Assembly: GCF_000025505.1 (NCBI RefSeq)
Contig: NC_013849.1
Coordinates: 540,001-572,000, forward strand
Source of the DNA: Ferroglobus placidus DSM 10642
Lineage (GTDB): Archaea; Halobacteriota; Archaeoglobi; Archaeoglobales; Archaeoglobaceae
Length of the DNA stretch: 32,000 bases
Direction: 5' to 3'
Both the position numbers and the translations under genes were made by a program. The notes under the pieces are model-generated. The model saw nothing but the letters and a program-made list of their open reading frames with translations, was not told where the DNA came from and did not search any database. Shown here in pieces: positions 16,390-24,812 of this stretch (the stretch's first letter is position 1; each line of letters starts with the position of its first letter).

Positions 16390-17144
16390 CTCACCTCCGA
16401 ATCGATGCCTATGTAGAACACTCTCGGCTTCGTACCTTGTTCGGGCTTGAGAACGGTAACCGGATTTTCCTCTATCTGTTTTAGGATCCTTTCATCATCG
16501 GCTCTTCCGAATTTCCTCGCTTGAGTCGGACATGCCAATACGCATGCCGGAAGCAAACCCTTCGTTATTCTGTGGTAGCACCAAGTACATTTGTCAGCGG
16601 TCCCTCTTCTGCTCTCTCTCGGACCGTTGGCAGGATATAAATATCGGGCTCCGTAGGGGCAGGCTTGAATGCAGTATCTGCAGCCTAAGCAGTACTTTTC
16701 GTCAACCAAAATCACTCCGTCCGGAGTTTTGTAGGTTGCTCCAACTGGGCAAACCTGGACGCATGGAGGATCTTTGCACTGGTTGCAGAGCTTTGGAACG
16801 AAGTAGCTCTTTACAACTTCTTTCTCATCGTAGATTTCTGGGAAACCGTCGAAACCACCGTTTGGCGAGTCAACCTTAGGTTCTTCCTCTCCTTTCAACC
16901 ACACGTATCTTTCCACCCAAGTTCTGAAGTAGTACGGCTTCAAAGGAACGTCGTTTTCTATTTTGCAAGCTCTTACGCACCTTCCACAGCCTATGCACTT
17001 TCTTGTATCAACAACGAATATGTACCCCGGATGACTGCTTTTTTGCACGTTCTCTTCTTTCTCATTACTCAATTTCGCTAAGCTAACGCCAACCAAATTT
17101 GCTAAAACAGCTGAAGAGGCGAGAAGAAACTTTCTCCTCTTCAT
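16386..17144 (-). CDS. Tat-exported 4x[4Fe-4S] ferredoxin subunit (NrfC/PsrB/DmsB-like)
   Basis: A twin-arginine signal MKRRKFLLASSAVLA is present. There are four Cys clusters: CIGCGRCVRAC, CNQCKDPPCVQVCP, CLGCRYCIQACP and CTWC...ACVLACP. Confidence 0.85.
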   Translation of the reverse strand: MKRRKFLLASSAVLANLVGVSLAKLSNEKEENVQKSSHPGYIFVVDTRKCIGCGRCVRACKIENDVPLKPYYFRTWVERYVWLKGEEEPKVDSPNGGFDGFPEIYDEKEVVKSYFVPKLCNQCKDPPCVQVCPVGATYKTPDGVILVDEKYCLGCRYCIQACPYGARYLYPANGPRESRRGTADKCTWCYHRITKGLLPACVLACPTQARKFGRADDERILKQIEENPVTVLKPEQGTKPRVFYIGIDSEVR

Positions 17145-17145
17145 A

Positions 17146-17610
17146 TCACCTCACCGGGTCGTGGGGATCATGACATTTCGTGCAGTTCCAGTTCTCCCCC
17201 CTTCCGTGCTCGATCGTTATCTGAGGAAATTCTTTTGGCTTTGAGGAGCTTTTTGCATGGCAGCTCATACAGAACTCCGTTATGCTTGGATAAGCGTTGT
17301 AGCCGAGGATCTCATCTTTAGCTTCGTGCTCTTCCGGATTTTCTACATGAGCCTTAAGCAACCCATGACAGCTCATGCAGCTTATTCCTTTATGCCTTCC
17401 AACGCTCCACAAAACGTACTCGTTCACGTGGCAATTAAAGCACTCGAAATTTTCCCCTATCTTGGTTTGGATTTTTGTGATCTCTTTAATCGAATCTGCT
17501 CTGTAATGACCTAATTCACCGAAGCTCGGTGGGACAAAGACAGCTCTCGCGGCAAAGAATATCAAAACGCCGGCTATGTAAAGCAGAAGAATTCTCCACG
17601 TCACTTTCAT
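17146..17610 (-). CDS. Membrane-anchored tetrahaem c-type cytochrome
   Basis: The protein is 154 aa with an N-terminal TM helix and four CxxCH motifs (CFNCH, CMSCH, CMSCH, CTKCH). Confidence 0.85.
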   Translation of the reverse strand: MKVTWRILLLYIAGVLIFFAARAVFVPPSFGELGHYRADSIKEITKIQTKIGENFECFNCHVNEYVLWSVGRHKGISCMSCHGLLKAHVENPEEHEAKDEILGYNAYPSITEFCMSCHAKSSSKPKEFPQITIEHGRGENWNCTKCHDPHDPVR

Positions 17611-17641
17611 GGCTCCGCTCCCTCAAAAATAAAAAATTGAT

Positions 17642-19192
17642 TTACGATCGTCTCCTGGTCTTTCCTGCTATCGCAAGGGCTGCAAGCAAAGCTATCGATC
17701 CTGCTGTTAACTCCACAGCTTTGAAGTTCGTAGCAGCTTCGCTTACCTGACTTTCAGCTTTTTCAGCTCTAACTGCTTTCTCCTCCGCGCTCTCTTTCGG
17801 AACACTCACCTCACTGCCATCTTTCATTGTTGAAAGCTTTGGAGTTTCTCCTCTCAGCTTCTTCTGGGTTTCGTACCAGTCTATCATTCTTCCGAGTTTG
17901 TCCATGACTGTATCGACAGCACCCATCCAGTGTGTATAATCTGGACCCATCATCGAAGCACCCATTCTCCATCTTCTTCCCTCGTGATGCCAGATGTAGT
18001 ACCACATTATCTCTGGGAATTCGTCTATTGGATTGCTTGGATCAGCCAATCCCTCCTCGTAGATTTTATCGAGAAGAGCTTTTGCAAACTTGGCTGTTTT
18101 GTTGTAATCTTCGAGCACTTTTTCATAGCTCTCGAAGTACTGCTCAACCCATCTCGGGCTGTGACATGCCTGGCAGATCTTCTTCATTCTTTCTCTGTTC
18201 TGCTCAGCCAACTGCTTATCGGGAGTGTATCCCGTAACCTTGTTTGGATTGCTGCTCTGATATGTGTTAAATTTGCCTTGAATCTCCCATTTAAGCATCG
18301 CTCCAACATCATGCGTTTGCGGAACTATCACCTTTCCCGAAGAGTCCGCTATTCCACCCATGTGGCAAACGCTGCAAGTCGGGGCTGAGAAATCAACTCC
18401 CACCTTCCACGGTTTTGCCTCCCAGTTCCAGTTTTCTTCGTCAGCCATGTATCTCGCTCCGTGGTGACTGCTTTCGTAGATTTCAATTTGCGGATGGTCG
18501 TAACCGAGATGGCATTTACCGCAAGTTTCCGGCATTCTCGCTTCTTTTATGCTGAACTGGTGCTGTGTGTGGCAAGATGAACAGCTTCCCAAGCTGCCAT
18601 CTGGATTGACCCTTCCTATTCCCATGTTAGGCCAACCTTGCAGTTTCTCACCGTCATAGTAAACGTAACTTCCATGGCATTCCATGCATCCAAGCACTTG
18701 GTTCTCGTGGTTGATCTCATCGAGAAGCTCGGTTTTCGCAAATATTCCACTTTCCGGATAAAGAGGCGTTACCTTATCCCTTATGAACTCCCTCGGTGGA
18801 TTTTGCTTAGCCACTTCTAAATCGAGCGGATTAAGACCTTTCTCTACCATTGCCTTCCACCAAGGGAATAGCGGACCGTTGACGGCTGCGAAAGCGTGTT
18901 TGCTTTTTGAAAACGTTTCGTACTCGTACTTGTGGCATTCGGCACACTTTTTCGGGGAAACAACTGGAGACACTTTGTATCCATGATGCTCTAAGCCGAA
19001 CTCTCCTTCCTTAGCTTCGTGACAGACGCTGCAGGTAACTCCATATTTCCCGTGTTTGCTCTTTTCCCAGTCTTTGACTATGTTCGGCGTTTGTTTGTAG
19101 TGGCAGGCTATGCAGAGCTCTTCTGCAGCCGCTGGAAAGAGTAGAACTGCTGCAGCAAAAAACAGCACGGCAATTTTCCCGGAGACTTTCAT
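17642..19192 (-). CDS. Octahaem c-type cytochrome, hydroxylamine-oxidoreductase (HAO)-like family, with a C-terminal TM anchor
   Basis: There are eight CxxCH motifs (CIACH, CSVCH, CAECH, CMECH, CSSCH, CGKCH, CSVCH, CQACH). A Sec signal MKVSGKIAVLFFAAAVLLFPAAA is present, and HHEGRRWRMGASMMGPDYTHW looks HAO-like. The protein ends with a Glu/Lys/Ser-rich linker and the TM helix LTAGSIALLAALAIAGKTRRRS. The ATG at 19192 is the preferred start, with a TTG alternative at 19213. Confidence 0.85.
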   Translation of the reverse strand: MKVSGKIAVLFFAAAVLLFPAAAEELCIACHYKQTPNIVKDWEKSKHGKYGVTCSVCHEAKEGEFGLEHHGYKVSPVVSPKKCAECHKYEYETFSKSKHAFAAVNGPLFPWWKAMVEKGLNPLDLEVAKQNPPREFIRDKVTPLYPESGIFAKTELLDEINHENQVLGCMECHGSYVYYDGEKLQGWPNMGIGRVNPDGSLGSCSSCHTQHQFSIKEARMPETCGKCHLGYDHPQIEIYESSHHGARYMADEENWNWEAKPWKVGVDFSAPTCSVCHMGGIADSSGKVIVPQTHDVGAMLKWEIQGKFNTYQSSNPNKVTGYTPDKQLAEQNRERMKKICQACHSPRWVEQYFESYEKVLEDYNKTAKFAKALLDKIYEEGLADPSNPIDEFPEIMWYYIWHHEGRRWRMGASMMGPDYTHWMGAVDTVMDKLGRMIDWYETQKKLRGETPKLSTMKDGSEVSVPKESAEEKAVRAEKAESQVSEAATNFKAVELTAGSIALLAALAIAGKTRRRS

Positions 19193-19257
19193 GTTATATG
19201 TTGAAGCGAACAACGTATTTAAAATTTACGAAAAATTTCGGAAATAAAAAGTTTAAT

Positions 19258-19280
19258 ACGATATTTATCGAAAATATCGT
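19258..19280. promoter_or_regulatory. Perfect 9-bp inverted repeat with 5-nt spacer (ACGATATTT-atcga-AAATATCGT), candidate operator
   Basis: I read it directly from the sequence. It lies in the 145-bp divergent intergenic region between the cytochrome operon and the wHTH-PAS regulator gene. Confidence 0.35.
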
Positions 19281-19337
19281 GCCAGCTAACAAATAAGGGA
19301 AAAAAGTTATATTAACAATCATGACAAATTTTGTAGC

Positions 19338-19985
19338 GTGCTACCTTTAAAAGATAGGGAGTTAAAAGTGCTCGAAATCGTTAGAAAATTGGGGGAAGCA
19401 AGCGCCAAAGATGTCTGGAAAAATTTAAAAGAGGAGAACATCCCGTACACTACTGTTTCTTCGATTCTCAAGAAACTAAACAAGCTGGGGATCGTGGAAA
19501 AAAGAGCTGTGAAGTCGAGGGGGAGGAAGGGTGTTAAGTACATATACCGAATAGATAAAAATATAGCGAACAAATTCTTCGAGGCTTACAAAAGAATAAC
19601 TGGAAGAGAAGATTTCACAGATTTTGCTAAAATTATTGATAGGAAGTTAATCCACACTTCGTGGAATTCTGTAGCTTTTGTTGATAAAAACGGAAGGATT
19701 ATCTTTGCTTATGCCGGTGGAAAAGTTATAGGGGACGACTTAATCGGAGAGAGAATTGAAGACGTTCATCCTCCATTAACATCCAAATTCGTTAAGCAGA
19801 TCTTTATGGAGCTTGCGAGAGGTGAAAGAAGCGAATTTAGAAGGATAGTGGAAGTAGAAGGGGAGAAATTCGAAAAATTTTACAGGGCGGTGAGAGCTGG
19901 AGGAGAATTTCTTGGAGTCATCGTAATTACAAGAAAGCTGGAAGAATCGAAAGAAAAAATAAGTAGAGATATTATTCTACCTTAA
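19338..19985 (+). CDS. Transcription regulator: N-terminal winged-HTH (BlaI/TrmB-like) plus C-terminal PAS-like sensor domain
   Basis: The N-terminus reads RELKVLEIVRKLGEASAKDVWKNL...PYTTVSSILKKLNKLGIVEKR. The C-terminus has FVDKNGRIIFAY...IEDVHPP...FYRAVRAGGEFLGVIVITRKLE, a PAS-like pattern. The start is a GTG ~25 nt downstream of a gttatatta TATA-like element (19306-19314). Confidence 0.65.
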   Translation: MLPLKDRELKVLEIVRKLGEASAKDVWKNLKEENIPYTTVSSILKKLNKLGIVEKRAVKSRGRKGVKYIYRIDKNIANKFFEAYKRITGREDFTDFAKIIDRKLIHTSWNSVAFVDKNGRIIFAYAGGKVIGDDLIGERIEDVHPPLTSKFVKQIFMELARGERSEFRRIVEVEGEKFEKFYRAVRAGGEFLGVIVITRKLEESKEKISRDIILP

Positions 19986-21046
19986 GCCGCTTTTTCTATT
20001 ATCGTTATCGCCTCCATCGGGCAGTTTGCTTGGCAAACTCCGCAGGAGGTGCAGTTCTCCGGTTTAATATCACCTCTGTTAATCGAGAAAGCGTTATCCG
20101 AGGCGACTTTGCAGAGGGATTCGCATATTCCGCATGAGATGCACGCGTCGCTGATTCTGACTATGTGTTCTTTCTCCTTGTAGTACCTCCTCTCCGGCGG
20201 GAGGTGGATGTCCTCGTATTCTCCGACGACTTCCCTCTTAACCTCTATCGCATTTCCCGGACAGAATTTTTCGCACGCTCCGCAGAAGTTACACCTCTCG
20301 TTGAAAACGACCATCTTTCCTCCATCGTATCTGTACTCTATTGCATTGTTCGGACAAACTTCTCTGCAAACCTGACAGTCTCTGCCGAAGCAGTTCTCCT
20401 GCTTGTATATATGCATGCCCGTGAAAAGCTTGTTTTCTCTAATAGCTTCAAAACTGCAAACCTCTCTGCAAATTCCGCAAGTTGAGCAGGCTTCGCTAAT
20501 TTTTATTTCGCCGGTTATCGCGTAATCCCTCTGCATTTTACATGAATCGCAGTGTATCTCTATAACGTTCTTCGGACAGACGTATTCGCAAATTTCGCAG
20601 TATATGCACTTATCCTCGTTAATGGCTGGAGAACCTCTCTCTATTCTGACTGCATCGACCGGACAGAACATAACGCAGTTTCTGCATTCGATGCATCCTT
20701 CGCTTATCCTTATATATCCGTGCCTGATTTTATCCTTGTCAAAAATCTTCCTGACAGTTATCGCATCTCTCGGGCAGTTTGCTTGGCAAACTCCGCAGTA
20801 AACGCAACCTTCAATGTTGACCTTCGAGTAGTGGACTTTTTCGAGAAGTCTCGTGAACGGAGCGTCTATGTTTAAAGCTCCGTACTGACAGTAAACCGCA
20901 CAAATGCCACAGTTAACGCAAGTATCGTCGATAATTACGTTAAAATTACCATCAGCAGTTACGGTAATCGATCCTTTCGGGCAAACTCTCTCGCAAAGCC
21001 CGCACCCAACGCAGTTTTCGGCTTTAAACTCCACTTCGGTCGTCAT
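19982..21046 (-). CDS. Polyferredoxin (about ten [4Fe-4S] binding motifs)
   Basis: The protein is 354 aa. I counted ten CxxCxxCxxxC(P)-type motifs, one of them the variant CFGRDCQVCREVCP. Confidence 0.85.
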   Translation of the reverse strand: MTTEVEFKAENCVGCGLCERVCPKGSITVTADGNFNVIIDDTCVNCGICAVYCQYGALNIDAPFTRLLEKVHYSKVNIEGCVYCGVCQANCPRDAITVRKIFDKDKIRHGYIRISEGCIECRNCVMFCPVDAVRIERGSPAINEDKCIYCEICEYVCPKNVIEIHCDSCKMQRDYAITGEIKISEACSTCGICREVCSFEAIRENKLFTGMHIYKQENCFGRDCQVCREVCPNNAIEYRYDGGKMVVFNERCNFCGACEKFCPGNAIEVKREVVGEYEDIHLPPERRYYKEKEHIVRISDACISCGICESLCKVASDNAFSINRGDIKPENCTSCGVCQANCPMEAITIIEKAA

Positions 21047-21136
21047 TGGGTTTTGATAAAAAAATCATTGTATTTAACCGTTTTGCTAAGAGTGCATATA
21101 ATAACCTTTATGTCTGTTTGTATTGATAAGTATTAA

Positions 21137-22216
21137 TCACCTAAAACAGCTCCAGTACTTGGAATGTATGCTCCTAACTTCAGCCACCGTATCTCTTACT
21201 TTCTGACTTGCGTAGTCTCTTTTTCTCCATCTGAGCTCTGAAAGAATTTTAGCCGGCTCTCTTATGTTTGAAATGTCCATTCCGGCAAGAGCTGCGATAA
21301 TTCCGAGGTTCGTGTAAGGCAAAGCGCTTTCGACGCTGTAACCTCCCTCCAAAACTGCGACGAGCCTTCCTTTGCAGAGCTTTTCAGCGAGGTCGACTGC
21401 TCTTTTCATCATCTCAGCGTACCCTCTGGCAGTCAAAGCCAAACCAGTGAGGGGATCGGTGAAGTGGTTGTCCTGTCCGGCGGAGATTGCTATAAACTCT
21501 GGCTTAAATTCTTCAGCAACCGGTTCGATTACCTTTTCGAAAACGTAGAGGTAGCTTTCATCTGAAGTCCCGGGAGGAAGAGGAATGTTTATCGTGTAGC
21601 CCTCTCCTCTCCCTTTCCCAACTTCGTGAGGGTAGCCGGTGCCGGGATAGAGGGGCATTTGATGCGTTGAAATGAAGAGAACGCTATCGTCCTCGTAAAA
21701 AATTTCTTGAGTGCCATCTCCGTGATGGGCGTCCCAATCGAGTATCAAAATTCTCTTGAAACCCCTTCTCTTCAGCCACTCCACCATCACAGCCACGTTG
21801 TTTATGTAGCAAAAACCGGCTCCGGTGTAGGGTTTTGCGTGATGCCCCGGAGGGCGAACCATAGCGAAGGCGTTTCTAACCTTCCCTTCAACAACGTATT
21901 TTGCTGCCTTTATCGCTCCTCCGGCTGCGAGCATAGCAACTTCAAACAATCCTACTGGCACGTTCGTGTCGAAATCTATGAAGCCTCCGGTTTTACTCGC
22001 GGCTTTTAAGAATTCTATGTACTCCCTTGTGTGCACTCTTAAAACGTCCTCTTCCTTAGCTGGCTCCGGATTAATTAGCACGATTCTCTCGTCTTCGAAA
22101 ATTCCCTCTTCAGTAAGCTGATCTATCGTGTAAGCTAACCTCTCCCTTCTTTCCGGATGAGTCGGCGTTTGTTCGTGCTCCAGATATTTCTTATGGAAGA
22201 CTATTCCAGTCTTCAA
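21137..22216 (-). CDS. Histone-deacetylase-superfamily amidohydrolase (AcuC / acetylpolyamine aminohydrolase-like)
   Basis: The protein is 359 aa with the motifs RPPGHHA, GFCYINN, DWDAHHGDGTQ and LEGGY. Confidence 0.85.
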   Translation of the reverse strand: MKTGIVFHKKYLEHEQTPTHPERRERLAYTIDQLTEEGIFEDERIVLINPEPAKEEDVLRVHTREYIEFLKAASKTGGFIDFDTNVPVGLFEVAMLAAGGAIKAAKYVVEGKVRNAFAMVRPPGHHAKPYTGAGFCYINNVAVMVEWLKRRGFKRILILDWDAHHGDGTQEIFYEDDSVLFISTHQMPLYPGTGYPHEVGKGRGEGYTINIPLPPGTSDESYLYVFEKVIEPVAEEFKPEFIAISAGQDNHFTDPLTGLALTARGYAEMMKRAVDLAEKLCKGRLVAVLEGGYSVESALPYTNLGIIAALAGMDISNIREPAKILSELRWRKRDYASQKVRDTVAEVRSIHSKYWSCFR

Positions 22217-23697
22217 GTTAATTCCTCCCTTATCCCGGGTTCTATCTGGACTATAACGTCGGCTATTTTTCCCCTCCTTATCCCACCCTTTACTACAACG
22301 TAAGAGTTGAAGTAAAGAACTTTGACGTCCTTTTCTTCAACTTCCTCGCCGAAATCCTTGGCTATGGAAATGAGCTTGTCTATGGCGAGCTGAATTAACT
22401 CCTCATCCTCGGGGAATCCGTATATCTTGTCTTTGATGAATGTTGCCTCTCCGTCGTAAACGGCAATTTTGTTTTCGGTGTCGAATCTTGCGTAGAGAGT
22501 GTAGCTAAGCCTTGACACAGCCACTCCTACAGCGTTAGCAGATTCGCAATGCTCGGGAATAACGTATTTCACTCCAGCTTTTTTCGCTATGTCTTTTATC
22601 AAAAAAGGAGCGAGAAATCCCGTTCCGATTATTTTTTCCGCTTTGAGCTCCTTAATTTTCTCAGCAACTATGCTGACGAAATCTTCAACAGCTCTCTCGC
22701 AGCCATCCTTCTTTGCCTCTCTCGATTTTTTGTAGTCTCCTATTTCGTAGCCAAGACAGTTAAGCGCATCGGTTAGCGTGAAGGAGTCCCCTCCGAAAGC
22801 TATCGGCTGGGAAACTCTTACCGGCTTTACCGTCTCTTCAACGAGGCTGTCTCCTCCGAAGGGAATTGAATGAGATTCCACGCACCTCACGCAGCTTTTT
22901 AACCCTCCTATGATCGCCCTCTCGATTATCTTTGGCTTTCCATCTTTTAAGAAAACGAAATCTGTTGTAGTTCCTCCTATGTCGACCACAAGTGCGTCTT
23001 TCTCTCCTGTCAAGAAGTACGCTCCAAAGACAACGGCGGCGGGACTTGAGTTGTATAACTCGGAAGGGTTGTTCAAGGCTATCCGATACGGTATAATCCC
23101 CCCGTCCCCTTTATAAAAATAAATCTCGTCGTAACGAGTTCTGATAGCTCTAACCATCTCGTGAACTTTTTTCATGAGCTTCGCATTTATTATCGTGGTA
23201 TTTATTCTCAGCGGGTAATTCAAAACGGGTATGTGATGACTCAACGCTATCTCGTCTTCTTTGTAGTACTTTTTAGCTATCTCGTAGGCTTTTAACTCCA
23301 ATTCCGGATTTCTTATCGAGAACTTGCACGCTATGGCTAAGCAGTCAGCTTTGTTTTCTCTTAAAACTTCTTCTACTTCTTTTTCATCCAGATCTTCGAC
23401 AACATCTCCTCTATGGTTTACCGCCCCCCTTAGCTGCTTTCCGTACCTTTCGTAGTTCAATCCGCTACCGGGAAACAGTATAACCTGCGCCTTTATTTTA
23501 TCAAACTTGGAAACGACGAGGTTTAGTGGAACAGACGTGCTGATTATCAGCTTGATCTTCTTTTCCCCAACAAGTTCGGAAAGTTTTTTGAAAACCGCAT
23601 CGAAACCCAAATAATTTGGAATTTTAGCCGTCTTTATCTCCTCTCCAATAACCGCTATGTCCGTGTTCGTCCCGCCTACGTCGATGCCTACCCGCAT
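22213..23697 (-). CDS. ASKHA-fold hydantoinase/oxoprolinase-like protein
   Basis: The protein is 494 aa with two phosphate-binding motifs (MRVGIDVGGTNTD and VVDIGGTTTD). Its stop overlaps the HDAC-like start by 4 nt. Confidence 0.62.
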   Translation of the reverse strand: MRVGIDVGGTNTDIAVIGEEIKTAKIPNYLGFDAVFKKLSELVGEKKIKLIISTSVPLNLVVSKFDKIKAQVILFPGSGLNYERYGKQLRGAVNHRGDVVEDLDEKEVEEVLRENKADCLAIACKFSIRNPELELKAYEIAKKYYKEDEIALSHHIPVLNYPLRINTTIINAKLMKKVHEMVRAIRTRYDEIYFYKGDGGIIPYRIALNNPSELYNSSPAAVVFGAYFLTGEKDALVVDIGGTTTDFVFLKDGKPKIIERAIIGGLKSCVRCVESHSIPFGGDSLVEETVKPVRVSQPIAFGGDSFTLTDALNCLGYEIGDYKKSREAKKDGCERAVEDFVSIVAEKIKELKAEKIIGTGFLAPFLIKDIAKKAGVKYVIPEHCESANAVGVAVSRLSYTLYARFDTENKIAVYDGEATFIKDKIYGFPEDEELIQLAIDKLISIAKDFGEEVEEKDVKVLYFNSYVVVKGGIRRGKIADVIVQIEPGIREELT

Positions 23698-23703
23698 GCT
23701 CTC

Positions 23704-23982
23704 TTACTCTTTTTCCTTCTCGGCTCTTCTCTTAAACACGTCCTTGATTATTATTATGTCTCCGACCGACTTTACGAGCCTGTAAGGAATTAGAACTCCT
23801 CTGTACCTCGTGTTTATCAGAGCTTTGTTAACTTCGCTGACTGCGAGGCTTTTTATCTGCCTCCTCTCGACATCTATAACAACGTCATCCACTTTTCCAA
23901 CGTATCTGCCTTCGTCCGTGTACACTTTCATACCGAAGAGCGATGAGATCTCTCCTATCATTAATCTACTTGGAACGCTCAT
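23704..23982 (-). CDS. PRC-barrel domain protein
   Basis: The protein is 92 aa. The pattern GMKVYTDEGRYVGKVDDVVIDVERRQIKSLAV...IPYRLVKSVGDIIIIK is typical of a PRC barrel. Confidence 0.6.
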   Translation of the reverse strand: MSVPSRLMIGEISSLFGMKVYTDEGRYVGKVDDVVIDVERRQIKSLAVSEVNKALINTRYRGVLIPYRLVKSVGDIIIIKDVFKRRAEKEKE

Positions 23983-24077
23983 AATATTTAAAACATTTCC
24001 AAAAGTTGACTTTCAAACTCGTAAATTAATAAATGAGATAGAAATTAATTTATTTCACCTCCTCCACATATGGTTTA

Positions 24078-24812
24078 ATGTTCGAACTAATCGTAAGCTT
24101 GGCACTCGCAATAGTTGCTTTGTACAATTCGGTTATGTACCTCCAGCTTACGGATGAGGAAAAAAGTTTTTTGGAAAGTAGGTGGAAGGACTCTTTGGCA
24201 TTATCAATCTTCATAATCGTTGTACTCTCAGTCGTATCCGTTTTTGAAATTCTGAAGCTCTATCAAATACTGGCTTTCGGAACAGTTGGAAACTTTTTAA
24301 GCATTTATACGGCTGTGGCTGTAATGCTTCTAATTCCTTCGGCATTTTTACTCTACGACGTCCTGTCGATAAAGAATTCTTTCAGAAATTTTGCTCCGAA
24401 AATAGACCTTAAAGCCGTTCTGTTAATACAAGGTTTCGCGGTTTTCTGGCTTTATCTGAGTTTTATTGAGGAGAAGTACGCTCAAGTCGTATACTTATTT
24501 TCCCAGTCTCTGAAAGCAATATTCATCGTGTCGCTGATACTCATTTTCTACGTTTCTTTTCTCTTATATAGATACTTTAAGTTACTCAGAAGAGGTGACA
24601 TTATAGTTCAGATCGACATCTCTTCTTACTTGTTCCAGCTGAACGTTGCCATATCTCTCTTCGGTTTTTACATGCTCACGCAATCTACTTACTGCGGACA
24701 GGCGGTTTGCGCCATTTTAATCGCCTCTTTCGGAATTCTGCTGAACAACGCTTTATCGTCCCTCGGCAGAGCTTTGAAGCAGAACGTTGGCGGTTACGCC
24801 TTCGAAATATAA
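24078..24812 (+). CDS. Hypothetical polytopic membrane protein (244 aa)
   Basis: It has about 7 hydrophobic segments and no recognised family. Its 3' end overlaps the convergent ThyA-like gene by 19 nt. Confidence 0.5.
   Translation: MFELIVSLALAIVALYNSVMYLQLTDEEKSFLESRWKDSLALSIFIIVVLSVVSVFEILKLYQILAFGTVGNFLSIYTAVAVMLLIPSAFLLYDVLSIKNSFRNFAPKIDLKAVLLIQGFAVFWLYLSFIEEKYAQVVYLFSQSLKAIFIVSLILIFYVSFLLYRYFKLLRRGDIIVQIDISSYLFQLNVAISLFGFYMLTQSTYCGQAVCAILIASFGILLNNALSSLGRALKQNVGGYAFEI

Noticed and set aside
24056-24065. CACCTCCTCC (reverse strand GGAGGAGGTG), a perfect SD-like element in the 23983-24077 intergenic region
   Set aside because: On the reverse strand it is followed only by GTG-AAA-TAA, and it lies ~75 nt from the PRC-barrel ATG. 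On the forward strand it has the wrong polarity for the 24078 gene. It is probably fortuitous.
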